A program made the translations under genes and the position numbers. From assembly GCA_963813535.1 (NCBI GenBank), contig CAWEZH010000002.1, positions 1,312,001 to 1,376,000 on the forward strand: a DNA stretch of 64,000 nt, given 5' to 3'. Positions within the stretch are counted from its first letter, which is position 1; each line of letters opens with the position of its first letter. Positions 49,732 through 59,309 of the stretch are shown piece after piece. This stretch comes from an uncultured Chloroflexia bacterium. Lineage in GTDB: Bacteria > Chloroflexota > Limnocylindria > Limnocylindrales > CSP1-4. The notes under the pieces were generated by a model. It worked only from the letters and a program-made list of their open reading frames with translations. It ran no database searches and was not told where the DNA came from.

Positions 49732-50268
49732 CTATTGAGCGCTTCGGCGGCTTGCCGCTGGGGCCGAGGGGTGCTCCCCGCGCTCGGCTCGTTCCTTGAG
49801 CGCCCGCAAATGGGCCTCGACACGAGCCTCGAGGGACCGGCGACCGAGACGCACGAGGATGTCCGTCCAGCGGTCGATCAGCTCGAACGTCGCGCCGTGG
49901 ATCACGCGGGTCCCGCCGGCGATGGGCTCGAGCCGCCAGGACCACTCGCTCTCGAACCCGGAACCGGTCACGCGGAGCCGGAAGACCGACTCCGGGCGGG
50001 CCTCCAGGCTCTCGACCCGGGCCATCTCGCGGAGCAGCCCGAGTCGCGTTCGGGCGGTACGTGTCGCTGCGGCGGCCGGCCACGAGGGGGCGGCCGGTCC
50101 GAGCCGCAACTCGGGGAACAACGTCGACGATGCGGTCGGATCGTGGAGGGCGGCCCACACCGCGCGCGGTGTCGCCTGGACGAACACCCGGCGCTCGACG
50201 AGTCGATCGTCGCGCAGGTGGTCGCCGGCACGACGGTAGCCGACCTCTGGATCGGGACGGACAGCCAT
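49732..50268 (-). CDS. SRPBCC/START-fold protein
   Basis: VERRVFVQATPRAVWAALHD, WSWRLEPIAGGTRV, LRALKERAE. Confidence 0.7.
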   Translation of the reverse strand: MAVRPDPEVGYRRAGDHLRDDRLVERRVFVQATPRAVWAALHDPTASSTLFPELRLGPAAPSWPAAAATRTARTRLGLLREMARVESLEARPESVFRLRVTGSGFESEWSWRLEPIAGGTRVIHGATFELIDRWTDILVRLGRRSLEARVEAHLRALKERAERGEHPSAPAASRRSAQ

Positions 50269-50273
50269 CTCGC

Positions 50274-51227
50274 TCAGACCCCGATCGGGTGCCAGACCGT
50301 CTTCATCTCGAGGAAGACGGCGATCCACTCGGGGCGCTCCGATGCTCGGTCGTCGAGCCAGTCGAACCGCGCATCGCTGACGCGCGCGGGTCGGCGAGAG
50401 ACGCGCTTGATGTCGTCGGCGGCCAGCTGTTCGGTCTCGACCCGCATGTCGTCGGGCACCCCCCAGACGTCGAGCGCGTCGACGTCGACGTGACCGGCGA
50501 GCACCGGGACGAGCTCCTTCTTGCGGCCGGTGAGGATGTTGACGACGCCACCAGGGACGTCGGATGTCGCCAGTACCTCGCTCAGCGTGATGGCCGGCAG
50601 CGGACGCGTTTCCGAGGCGAGCAGCACGACCGTGTTACCTGAGACGAGCGGCGGAGCGAGCCGGCTGACCAACCCGAGCAGCGACGACGTTTCGGGCGCG
50701 ACCACGCCGACGATCCCCGTCGGCTCCGGGATCGTGAAGTTGAAGTAGGGAGCGGCAACGGGGTTGGCCGATCCCAGGATCTGGGTGATCTTGTCGGCCC
50801 AGCCGGCGTACCAGACCCAGCGATCGATGGCCCGGTCGACGATCTCGCCCGCGCGCGCGTCGCGCAACCCTTCGGCGCTGGCCACCTCGGCGACGAACTG
50901 GTCGCGCCGGCCCTCCATCAGCTCGGCGACGCGGTACAGGACCTGGCCCCGGTTCATCGCCGTCTTGGCGGCCCAGCCCGAGACCGCACCATGCGCGGCG
51001 CGGACCGCATCGCGCACGTCCTTGCGCGACGCCCGGACCGCGTTGGCCAGCGGAGTGCCGTCACTGGCCGACACGAGGTACGAACGCCCACTCTCGCTGC
51101 GCGGGAACGCCCCGCCGATGTACAGCTTGTACGTCTTGCGGACGCCGATCCGGGGCACCGCCCCGTCGCGCGACGTCCCGTTGCGCGACGACCCGTTCCG
51201 CGATGCAGCCCCTCGGCCCGTGGCCAT
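50274..51227 (-). CDS. Truncated aldehyde-dehydrogenase-family protein (Rossmann-like part only)
   Basis: VRKTYKLYIGGAFPRSESGR, WYAGWADK, EPTGIVG, ends KTVWHPIG; no ELGGK or catalytic Cys segment. Confidence 0.88.
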   Translation of the reverse strand: MATGRGAASRNGSSRNGTSRDGAVPRIGVRKTYKLYIGGAFPRSESGRSYLVSASDGTPLANAVRASRKDVRDAVRAAHGAVSGWAAKTAMNRGQVLYRVAELMEGRRDQFVAEVASAEGLRDARAGEIVDRAIDRWVWYAGWADKITQILGSANPVAAPYFNFTIPEPTGIVGVVAPETSSLLGLVSRLAPPLVSGNTVVLLASETRPLPAITLSEVLATSDVPGGVVNILTGRKKELVPVLAGHVDVDALDVWGVPDDMRVETEQLAADDIKRVSRRPARVSDARFDWLDDRASERPEWIAVFLEMKTVWHPIGV

Positions 51228-52750
51228 CAGCGGTGCTCGAGACGGACGTAGGCGTGCAGCCCATGCATACCGCCCTCGCGGCCGAACCCGGACTCCTTGT
51301 AGCCCCCGAATGGCGAGGTCGGGTCGAACTTGTTGAACGTATTAGCCCACACCACGCCGGCCTGCAGCCGCGACACCATCTCGAGGATCCGCGAGCCCTT
51401 GTCGGTCCAGACGCCGGCCGACAGCCCATAGCGGGTGTTGTTCGCTTTCTCGACCGCCTCATCAGGCGTCCGGAAGGTCAGGACCGACAGCACCGGCCCG
51501 AAGATCTCCTCGCGGGCGATCCGGTGGCTCTGGGCGACGTTCGTGAAGAGCGTGGGGCGGAAGAAGTAGCCGCGCTCTGGCAGGTCGCACGCGGGCTGGT
51601 AGAGATCGGCGCCCTCGGCAACGCCAGAGGCGACGAGCTCCGTGATCTTCTCGAGCTGCGCCTTGGAGTTGATCGCGCCGACGTCCGTGTTCTTGTCGAG
51701 CGGGTCACCGACACGGATCGTGGAGAGGCGGTCCTTGAGCTTGTCGACGAGCGTATCGGCGATCGACTCCTGCACCAGCAGCCGCGACCCCGCGCAGCAC
51801 ACCTCACCCTGGTTGAAGTAGATCCCGTTGACGATGCCCTCGATGGCCTGGTCCAGCGGGGCGTCGTCGAACACGATGTTGGCGGCCTTGCCGCCGAGCT
51901 CGAGCGTCAGGGCCTTGTCCGAACCCGCCACCCCGCGGCCGATCTTCTTGCCGATCTCAGTCGAGCCGGTGAAGGCGACCTTGTCGACATCGGGGTGGGT
52001 CGCGAGGTGCATCCCGATCTCGCCCGGGCCGGTGACGATGTTGACGGTGCCCGGTGGCAGGTCGGCCTGCCGGACGACCTCGGCGAACAGCATCGCGGAG
52101 AGCGGCGTGGTCGACGCGGGCTTGAGCACGACCGTGTTCCCGGCTGCCAGCGCGGGGGCGATCTTCCACGCCAGCATCAGCAGCGGGAAGTTCCACGGGA
52201 TGATCTGGGCCGCCACACCTAGGGGCTTGGCGACCCGGCCAGGGAAGGCGTAGTCGAGCTTGTCGGCCCAGCCGGCGTAGTACCAAAAGTGGTTGGCAGC
52301 AAGCGGGACGTCGACGTCCCGGCTCTCCTTGATCGGCTTGCCGGAGTCCATCGACTCGAGGACGGCGAACTCGCGAGCGCGTTCCTGGAGGATCCGCGAG
52401 ATCCGGAAGAGGTACTTCGCACGCTCCCGGCCGGACAGCTGGCCCCATGACCGGCGCTGGGCACGCCGTGCGGCCCGCACCGCCTTGTCGACGTCCCCGG
52501 CGGTTGCCTTGGCGACCTTGGCGAGCGGTAGCTCCGTTGACGGGTCGATCGAGACGAACGTGCCGCCGCCGGTGGCGGCCACGGACCGCCCGTTGATGAA
52601 CAGCCCGTACTGCTCCTGGAGCGTGACGATGTCACGCGCCTCGGGCGCCGGGGCGTACTCCCACGGGATCGCCTGACCGTCCCCGAAACCCCAGCTGTTC
52701 GGCCGCTGGTCCGAGGTGACGACGACACTCGTGCTGGTGCGGTCCGCCAT
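51227..52750 (-). CDS. Aldehyde dehydrogenase
   Basis: IIPWNFP, FTGST, LELGGK, NQGEVCCAG, EEIFGPV, FGGYKESG. Start 52750 fits -10 CATAAT. Confidence 0.95.
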   Translation of the reverse strand: MADRTSTSVVVTSDQRPNSWGFGDGQAIPWEYAPAPEARDIVTLQEQYGLFINGRSVAATGGGTFVSIDPSTELPLAKVAKATAGDVDKAVRAARRAQRRSWGQLSGRERAKYLFRISRILQERAREFAVLESMDSGKPIKESRDVDVPLAANHFWYYAGWADKLDYAFPGRVAKPLGVAAQIIPWNFPLLMLAWKIAPALAAGNTVVLKPASTTPLSAMLFAEVVRQADLPPGTVNIVTGPGEIGMHLATHPDVDKVAFTGSTEIGKKIGRGVAGSDKALTLELGGKAANIVFDDAPLDQAIEGIVNGIYFNQGEVCCAGSRLLVQESIADTLVDKLKDRLSTIRVGDPLDKNTDVGAINSKAQLEKITELVASGVAEGADLYQPACDLPERGYFFRPTLFTNVAQSHRIAREEIFGPVLSVLTFRTPDEAVEKANNTRYGLSAGVWTDKGSRILEMVSRLQAGVVWANTFNKFDPTSPFGGYKESGFGREGGMHGLHAYVRLEHR

Positions 52751-52789
52751 GGTCGGCATTATGTCACCGCCTTCGTGCGGGGCTCCTTC

Positions 52790-53752
52790 TCAGCAGTCGT
52801 AGGCGGCGAGCGGGTATGACCGTTCGCAGAACCCCACGTGGACATGATCGTCGTGGCCGGTGTACCAGCGCGTCAGGCCTTCGCGGATGAGCACCGGATC
52901 ATTGAAGTAGATGACCTTGATGTGCCCCGGGGCGGCGGCCCGGATGGCACGAACCAGATCGCGCGTGGCCGCGCGGTCGTACGACGACATCCGAAAGCTC
53001 CCGCCCAACTGGCATTGGCGCTCGTCCCGACGCATCGTGCGGATGTCGACATCGAGACCGCGCGCGTGGCTTTCGTGGCCGGGGATGTCACCGCCATGCT
53101 CGAGGCCGATGTCACCGATGGCGATCGGACCGTGGCCGCGCTGCACGACGGTGACCGCGGCAGCCCGGACCTGGCCGATCGCCGCGCCCGTGCCCCAGTC
53201 GGCAGGCCCGTTGCCCACCTGGTAGTCGCACATCCAGCGACCGAAGACCGGCCGCTCGAAATGGCCGATCAGCTGACGCCAGGTCGCGCTGTCGACGACA
53301 CCCGTTGCGGGCAGTGCCGCATGGCGCTGGAACGTGCGCACGGCCGCGACGGTCGCCGGGCCCAGGGTGCCGTGGACGGTGAGACCCGCCCGTCGCTTGT
53401 CGTTCAGCTGCCGCTGGACCACCTTGACCGCCTCGCCCCTTGCCCATGGCTCGAGTCGGACGACCAACCGGACCCACGTCGAGGCATCGACCATGCCGGT
53501 CACCGGCAAGGCCTTGGCTGACTGGAAAGCACGGACCGCGCCGATCGTCGGCGTGTCGTACACGCCCGAGATGGCGAGGCCGGTCGCACCGTGATACCGC
53601 AGCAGGCCCTGCAGGGCTCGCACGTTCGAGCCGCGGTTGCCGACACTCTGGTGCGGATAGATCGGCGCGCCTGCAGACGCGACCCCGGAGACGGCGACGG
53701 TCAGCAGGGCGACGGACAGCGCGATGAAGGTCAGGCGAACCCGGCGGGACAT
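52790..53752 (-). CDS. Secreted peptidoglycan-binding protein with MepA-like (LAS) Zn endopeptidase domain
   Basis: Signal peptide, two PG_binding_1-like repeats (AVRAFQ, AVRTFQ), [18 protein letters not shown]. Confidence 0.82.
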   Translation of the reverse strand: MSRRVRLTFIALSVALLTVAVSGVASAGAPIYPHQSVGNRGSNVRALQGLLRYHGATGLAISGVYDTPTIGAVRAFQSAKALPVTGMVDASTWVRLVVRLEPWARGEAVKVVQRQLNDKRRAGLTVHGTLGPATVAAVRTFQRHAALPATGVVDSATWRQLIGHFERPVFGRWMCDYQVGNGPADWGTGAAIGQVRAAAVTVVQRGHGPIAIGDIGLEHGGDIPGHESHARGLDVDIRTMRRDERQCQLGGSFRMSSYDRAATRDLVRAIRAAAPGHIKVIYFNDPVLIREGLTRWYTGHDDHVHVGFCERSYPLAAYDC

Positions 53753-53865
53753 GGCGGAGAGGCTACAGGCATCGGCCGATCCGCTGCATCACACGATGGG
53801 ACTAGGCGAGCCGACGTCTGCCTCCTTCCGGAAACGATGCCCTCGCAGCGTCGTAGGCTGCGCGC

Positions 53866-54579
53866 ATGGACCGACTGGCGGGGGTCGAGGAGCTGCTCGA
53901 CGGTCCGCTCCACGATCGCGCTGCGCTGGTCGGCAACCTGCGCGATCTCGCGCGGGTGAATCGACGACTCGGCGGCGTCGACCTCAGCGCCCGCGCGATC
54001 GATGCGCTGGCGCCCGGCACGGCCGAGCTCCGGATCCTCGACGTGGGCACCGGCGGCGCCGACATCCCGCTCGGGCTGATCGATCGTGGCCGGGCGACCG
54101 GTCGGCTGGTGCGGGTCACCGGCGTCGACAGCCGACCCGAGGTGCTGGCAGCCGCCGCGCTCGCCGATCCGCGGGTCACGGCGACCGGGGAGCTGGCGCT
54201 GCACGTAGCCGACGGCCGGTCCCTGCCATTCGCCGACGGTTCGTTCGAAGTCGTCCATGCCTCGCTCGTCGTCCACCATCTCGAGCCCGACACGGCACGG
54301 TCGTTGCTTGCCGAGATGGGCCGGGTCGCCCGCTTGGGCGTGGTCCTCAATGACCTCGTCCGCAGCCGACCGGCGTGGCTCGGCGCCTGGTTGCTGAGCC
54401 ATCTCGCGACGCGGAACCGCCTGACGCGCTACGACGCCCCCATGTCGGTCCGGCGGGCGTACTCGGTCGCGGAACTGACGGCGCTGATGGCTGCGGCCGG
54501 TCTTCGCGTCGAGCGACGCTACGACGGGTTCATGGGGCATCGGATCGCGCTCGCCGCGCGACACGACGGCGTGCGGTGA
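53866..54579 (+). CDS. SAM-dependent methyltransferase of the type found beside type III PKS genes
   Basis: EELLD...LRDLARVNRRLGG, ILDVGTGGADI, SLVVHHL, NDLVR, DAPMSVRRAY. Confidence 0.85.
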   Translation: MDRLAGVEELLDGPLHDRAALVGNLRDLARVNRRLGGVDLSARAIDALAPGTAELRILDVGTGGADIPLGLIDRGRATGRLVRVTGVDSRPEVLAAAALADPRVTATGELALHVADGRSLPFADGSFEVVHASLVVHHLEPDTARSLLAEMGRVARLGVVLNDLVRSRPAWLGAWLLSHLATRNRLTRYDAPMSVRRAYSVAELTALMAAAGLRVERRYDGFMGHRIALAARHDGVR

Positions 54580-55799
54580 GCAGCGGCAGGACCGTGGACG
54601 TCGCGATCGTCGGTGCCGGGCCGGCCGGGACCGCGCTGGCGGCGGCGCTCGCGAGGCGAGGTCTGGACGTCGTGGTGTTGGAGCGTGCGGCGGCGTGGCA
54701 GTGGCGGGCCGGTGGCGTCTTCACGTCACCCGCGGCCGTCGCCGCGCTCACCCGGGTCGGGCTGGGGTCCGCCGTCATCGGTGACGTCACCACGCCGATC
54801 GCGGCGATGCGGCTCGAGACACCGGGTGGTTCGACCGTGCGGCTGACGTACGGGGCGGATCAGGGCGGGCCACCGGCGGTCGGGTTCGACCGCTCGCGGC
54901 TCGATCCTGCTCTGGAGCAGCTCGCGCGCGACGCCGGTGCGACCGTCCGCCGCGGCGTGAACGTCCGGGCGGTGACCCTCGGCGGACCCGGGCCAGCCAT
55001 CCTGGACCTCGGGGGTGAACACGTCGCCACCCGCATGGTGGTCGGCGCCGACGGCACCCACTCGATCGTCGCGCGAGACGCGGCCGTCGCACGACCGCCT
55101 CGACTGCCGCCGCGCGTCGGACTGACCTGGCATGTCGTCGATCCACGTCCCGAGCCGGCAACGCCGATCGATGCCCGGCTGGTCGTCGTTCGCGATGCGT
55201 ATGTCGGGCTTGCGCCGGTGCCCGGCGCGCGCCTGAACATCGGTATCGTGCTCGGGCGTTCCTGGCACACATCGCTCGCCCGCGACGGAGCGGCAACGAC
55301 CGTCCGCCGCGTCCTCGATCTCGTCCCGATCGCTGGCGACGACCCGGTCGCCTGGGCGGACGCGACGCCGTGCGATCGGATCGCCGGCGCCTCACCTCTG
55401 GGCGTGCGCGTGACGCGGCGTGCCGGCAACGGGTGGTTCCTGGTAGGTGACGCCGCCGGCTTCCTCGACCCGTTCACCGGCGAGGGTCTCCATCGCGCAC
55501 TGGTCTCGACGGAGCTCGCGGCTCGCGCCATCCCAGCGGCACTCAGCGGGGGCTCGGGAGCCCGGGAACGTGCGGCCGCCGCGTATGACCGCTCGATGCG
55601 TCGGCGTTTCGGCTCGAAGGATGCGGTCTCCTTCCTGGTCCAGTCGTTCCTGGCCCGGCCGGGGCTGTTCGAGTACGCCGCGCGACGGCTCGCCGAACGG
55701 CCCGGCGTCCGTGCGACGATGGGCCTCGTGATGGGTGACCTGGTTCCCGCGTCGCGTGCGCTGGATCCCCGCTTCCTCGCGGCGCTACTGGCGCCGTGA
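54576..55799 (+). CDS. FAD-dependent oxidoreductase (geranylgeranyl-reductase/monooxygenase-like)
   Basis: VAIVGAGPAG, RSRLD, VGADG, LVGDAAGFLDPFTGEG; GTGA overlap. Confidence 0.88.
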   Translation: MSSGRTVDVAIVGAGPAGTALAAALARRGLDVVVLERAAAWQWRAGGVFTSPAAVAALTRVGLGSAVIGDVTTPIAAMRLETPGGSTVRLTYGADQGGPPAVGFDRSRLDPALEQLARDAGATVRRGVNVRAVTLGGPGPAILDLGGEHVATRMVVGADGTHSIVARDAAVARPPRLPPRVGLTWHVVDPRPEPATPIDARLVVVRDAYVGLAPVPGARLNIGIVLGRSWHTSLARDGAATTVRRVLDLVPIAGDDPVAWADATPCDRIAGASPLGVRVTRRAGNGWFLVGDAAGFLDPFTGEGLHRALVSTELAARAIPAALSGGSGARERAAAAYDRSMRRRFGSKDAVSFLVQSFLARPGLFEYAARRLAERPGVRATMGLVMGDLVPASRALDPRFLAALLAP

Positions 55800-55815
55800 C
55801 CACGGGCGTGAGCCG

Positions 55816-56247
55816 GTGAGCGAGGATCGCGTCCGCGTCGCGGCGTACGCGATCGTTCGTGATGAGCAGGACCGGGTGCTGTTGTGCCACATCCACCCGT
55901 CGGTCGGGGTCGGCGACGTCTGGACGCTGCCCGGTGGCGGGCTCGAATTCGGCGAGTCGCCGGCGCGGGCCGTCGTCCGCGAGATGCAGGAGGAGACGGG
56001 GTTCCTCGGCGAGATCGAGCGGCTCGTGGAGGTCGACGACCGACTGTTCAGCAACGGCGACGACGGCGACCGGATGCACGCGATCCGGATCGTCTACGAC
56101 GTGCGGATCGTCGGTGGCGCTCTGCGCGACGAGGCCGACGGCTCGACCGACACGTGCCGCTGGGTCGCCCCCGAGGAGGCGCTCCAGATGCGTCTCGGCG
56201 AGCTGGCGCGACATGCCGTCGAGCGGCTCGCCGCCGTCGATGCATAG
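55816..56247 (+). CDS. Nudix hydrolase
   Basis: Nudix box WTLPGGGLEFGESPARAVVREMQEETG. Confidence 0.88.
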   Translation: MSEDRVRVAAYAIVRDEQDRVLLCHIHPSVGVGDVWTLPGGGLEFGESPARAVVREMQEETGFLGEIERLVEVDDRLFSNGDDGDRMHAIRIVYDVRIVGGALRDEADGSTDTCRWVAPEEALQMRLGELARHAVERLAAVDA

Positions 56248-56743
56248 CCAGATCGCGATCGACATCGACGCGCCCGCGGCGCTGGTGTTCGCCCTCGCGC
56301 GAGACGTGGAGCGGTGGGCGACGCTCCTCCCTCACTACGTTCGTTCCGGCGTCCTCGGCCGCGATCCCAGTGGGCGTCAGCTCGTCGAGTTCGTCGCTCG
56401 CCGCCCGTTCGTCCCGGTGCTCGGACTCGGTCTCCCGGTCGTCTGGCGATCGCGGACATGGAACGAGCCCGACGCACGACGCCTTCGTTTCGAGCACGTC
56501 GCCGGGGCGACCCGCGGCATGGACGTGACGTGGGACATCGTTCCGCGCCCCGATGGCATGGGCTGTCGCGTCACCATCAGCCACGAGTTCGCCCCTCCGG
56601 TGCCCGGCTTCGCCACGTTCGTGGACCGATTCTTCACGCGCGCGATCGCCGGCCGCACCCTCGGCACGTTCAAGGCACTGGCCGAGACGCTGGACCGCGC
56701 CGATAGGTCCGATCCCGCACCGCCGCCGAATCCCTCGACATGA
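56240..56743 (+). CDS. SRPBCC polyketide cyclase/aromatase-like protein
   Basis: IDIDAPAALVFALARDVERWATLLPHY, LRFEHVAGATRGMDVTW, IAGRTLGTFK. Confidence 0.8.
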   Translation: MHSQIAIDIDAPAALVFALARDVERWATLLPHYVRSGVLGRDPSGRQLVEFVARRPFVPVLGLGLPVVWRSRTWNEPDARRLRFEHVAGATRGMDVTWDIVPRPDGMGCRVTISHEFAPPVPGFATFVDRFFTRAIAGRTLGTFKALAETLDRADRSDPAPPPNPST

Positions 56744-58002
56744 GCGAGCGACGACGGATCTGGATCACCGGCCTCGGGATCGTCACGCCCATCGGGACGG
56801 GCGTCGAGGCGTTCCGAGCCGGCCTCCGTCGTGCCGAGTCACCGGTCAAGCGCATCGACCGCTTCGATCCGTCGCCCTTCCGCAGCCAGGTGGCGGCCCA
56901 GGTCGACGACTTCGACCCGTTGTCGTGGATGCCACCCAAGACGGCCCGCCAACTCGATCGGTTCAGCCAGTTCGGGATGGTCGCCGGCCGCCTGGCTCTC
57001 GACGATGCGGGGATGCGACCCGGCGAGGCCGGTGCCCCGGACCCGGAACGCGTCGGGATCTACCTCGGGTCGGCGCTCGGCGGCATCGCGTTCGCGGAGG
57101 AGCAGCACGAACGGTTCATGGAGAAGGGCATCCGCCAGGTCGCCCCGACGCTCGCCCTTGCCGTCTTCGGCGGCGCCGCGCCGGCCAACCTCGGGATCGA
57201 GCTCGACGTCCGCGGCCCCATCCTCTCGACCGCCAATTCCTGCGCATCGGGTGGTGTCGCCCTGGGTGAGGCGATGGGCGACCTGCGCGAGGGACGGGTC
57301 GATGCGGCGATCGCCGGCGGCTGCGAGATCCCTCTGTCGCCGCTCGCGTTCGGAGCGTTCGACATCATCCGGGCCCTCTCCGCGGGACACAACGACGACC
57401 CAAGCCACGCCGCACGACCCTTCGACAGCGAGCGCGATGGATTCGTCATGGGTGAGGGCGCGACCCTGCTCGTGCTCGAGGAGGCCGGGGCGGCCGCCCG
57501 GCGGGGCGCGACTCCGTATGCCGAGCTGCTCGGCTACGGCGCGACGTCCGACGCGCACCACATGGTCCAGCCGCGCGCCGACGGTCGCGAGGCGGCGCGA
57601 GCGACGACCATCGCGCTCGACGATGCCGCGGTCGACGCAGGCGAGATCGAGTACGTCAACGCGCACGCGTCGTCGACGCCGATCGGCGACATCGCCGAGG
57701 CGCGCGCCATCACGATCGCCCTCGGCGAGCGCGCCGCGACGGTGCCGGTCAGCGGGACCAAGGCCCTCTATGGGCATCCCCTCGGTGCGTCGGGTGCCAT
57801 CGAGGCGGCCATCTGTGCGCTGGCCATCCACGACGGGTGGGCGCCGGCGTCGGTCAACCTCGAGTCGCCCGAGCCGGAGCTCGACGGGCTGCTGCCAGGC
57901 CTCCTGCGCGAGGGCCGCGACGGGACCTACCGGCGGGTGCTGAGCACCTCGTTCGGGTTCGGCGGGCTGAACGCCGCGTTGGTGTTCGGCGCCGTCGACT
58001 GA
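56740..58002 (+). CDS. Beta-ketoacyl synthase (FabF / KS-alpha-like)
   Basis: ITGLGIVTPIG, TANSCASG (catalytic Cys), DGFVMGEG, NAHASST, GHPLGASG, SFGFGGLN. Confidence 0.92.
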   Translation: MSERRRIWITGLGIVTPIGTGVEAFRAGLRRAESPVKRIDRFDPSPFRSQVAAQVDDFDPLSWMPPKTARQLDRFSQFGMVAGRLALDDAGMRPGEAGAPDPERVGIYLGSALGGIAFAEEQHERFMEKGIRQVAPTLALAVFGGAAPANLGIELDVRGPILSTANSCASGGVALGEAMGDLREGRVDAAIAGGCEIPLSPLAFGAFDIIRALSAGHNDDPSHAARPFDSERDGFVMGEGATLLVLEEAGAAARRGATPYAELLGYGATSDAHHMVQPRADGREAARATTIALDDAAVDAGEIEYVNAHASSTPIGDIAEARAITIALGERAATVPVSGTKALYGHPLGASGAIEAAICALAIHDGWAPASVNLESPEPELDGLLPGLLREGRDGTYRRVLSTSFGFGGLNAALVFGAVD

Positions 58003-59309
58003 AGCACGGCCTCTGCCGGGACCGTCTCGGCCGCGCGTGCCGTGACCGCCAGGTCGCGGGCGCCGATCCGTCGATACCAGACGAGCGCCCCGACCCCGCA
58101 TACGAGCGAGAGGACGCCACCGATGGCGACGGCCTGGAGGATCCCGATCGTCGACGCGACCGCGCCCATGAGGAGGCCGCCGATCGGCATCGACGCCGAG
58201 AAGACCGTGGTGTAGACGCTCATCACTCGCCCGCGCAGCCCATCGGGCACGGCCAGCTGGATCGTGGCGTTGGCGGTGGCGGCCATGATGATGCCGCCGG
58301 CCCCGATCGGAACCATCAGCAGCAGCGACAGCGGGAACGACGTCGAGGCCGCCAGGGCGACCGTCGCGATGCCGAGCGCGACCGCGCCGAGGGCGATGCG
58401 GATCGGGCGAGGTCGACCGGCGATCACCAGCACGACCGCCGATACCAGCGCACCGATACCTGACGCGGTCATCAGGAAGCCGTAGCCCGAGGCGTCGCTA
58501 CCGAGCACGTCCTGAGCGAGCGGCGGGATGAGCACCTGGAAGTTCATGCCGAACGTGGCGACCAGCCCCACCGTCGTCACGGCCATCAATACGATGGGCG
58601 TGTGGCGGACGAAGGCGAGGCCCTCGCGCAGGGTCTCGACGACAGCACCGACCGACCGCGGTCGGGGCACCAGACGCGGCAGGTGCAACTCGTCGTCGCG
58701 CATGGCCGCCAAGGCGATGATCACCGCGAGGAAGCTGACGGCGTTGATCGCGAATGCCGGGGCGATCCCGAATGCGGCGATCGTCAGCCCAGCCATGGCC
58801 GGCCCGACGACGCGGGCACCGTTGAACATCGCCGAGTTGATGGCCACCGCGTTGCCGATATCACGGGGACCGACCATCTCGATCGCGAACGACTGGCGGA
58901 CGGGCATGTCGACGGCGCTCGCGCACCCCAGGAGCAGGGCCAGCACGACGATCATCCAGACCTCGACCAACCCGGTCGCGGTGAGGATCGTCAGGATGAT
59001 GGCGAGCACCATCATCACGACCTGGGCGGCCAGCAAGGTCTGGCGCTTGGGCAGCACGTCCGCGAGGATGCCGGCGAAGAGGCCAAGGACCATGACCGGC
59101 AGGAACTGCGCGGTGGCAACCACGCCGAGCCAGAAGGGGTCGCCGGTGAGCGTCAACACCAGCCAACCCTGGGCGACCTGCTGCATCCAGGTGCCGATGA
59201 GCGACACCGCTTGGCCGAAGAAGAACAGCCGGTAGTTGCGGTGGCCGAAGGCCTTGCCGGCCTTGCTCCGAGCGAGCCGTCGTGGGGCGAGGACAGACAC
59301 ACCGGTCAT
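57927..59309 (-). CDS. MFS transporter
   Basis: NYRLFFFGQAVSLIGTWMQ, MPVRQSF, FNGARVVGPA, LRGRVMS. Confidence 0.92.
   Translation of the reverse strand: MTGVSVLAPRRLARSKAGKAFGHRNYRLFFFGQAVSLIGTWMQQVAQGWLVLTLTGDPFWLGVVATAQFLPVMVLGLFAGILADVLPKRQTLLAAQVVMMVLAIILTILTATGLVEVWMIVVLALLLGCASAVDMPVRQSFAIEMVGPRDIGNAVAINSAMFNGARVVGPAMAGLTIAAFGIAPAFAINAVSFLAVIIALAAMRDDELHLPRLVPRPRSVGAVVETLREGLAFVRHTPIVLMAVTTVGLVATFGMNFQVLIPPLAQDVLGSDASGYGFLMTASGIGALVSAVVLVIAGRPRPIRIALGAVALGIATVALAASTSFPLSLLLMVPIGAGGIIMAATANATIQLAVPDGLRGRVMSVYTTVFSASMPIGGLLMGAVASTIGILQAVAIGGVLSLVCGVGALVWYRRIGARDLAVTARAAETVPAEAVLQSTAPNTNAAFSPPNPNEVLSTRR

Noticed and set aside
54576-55799. Flavin-dependent halogenase call
   Set aside because: The WxWxIP motif is absent (YVGLAPV at that position).
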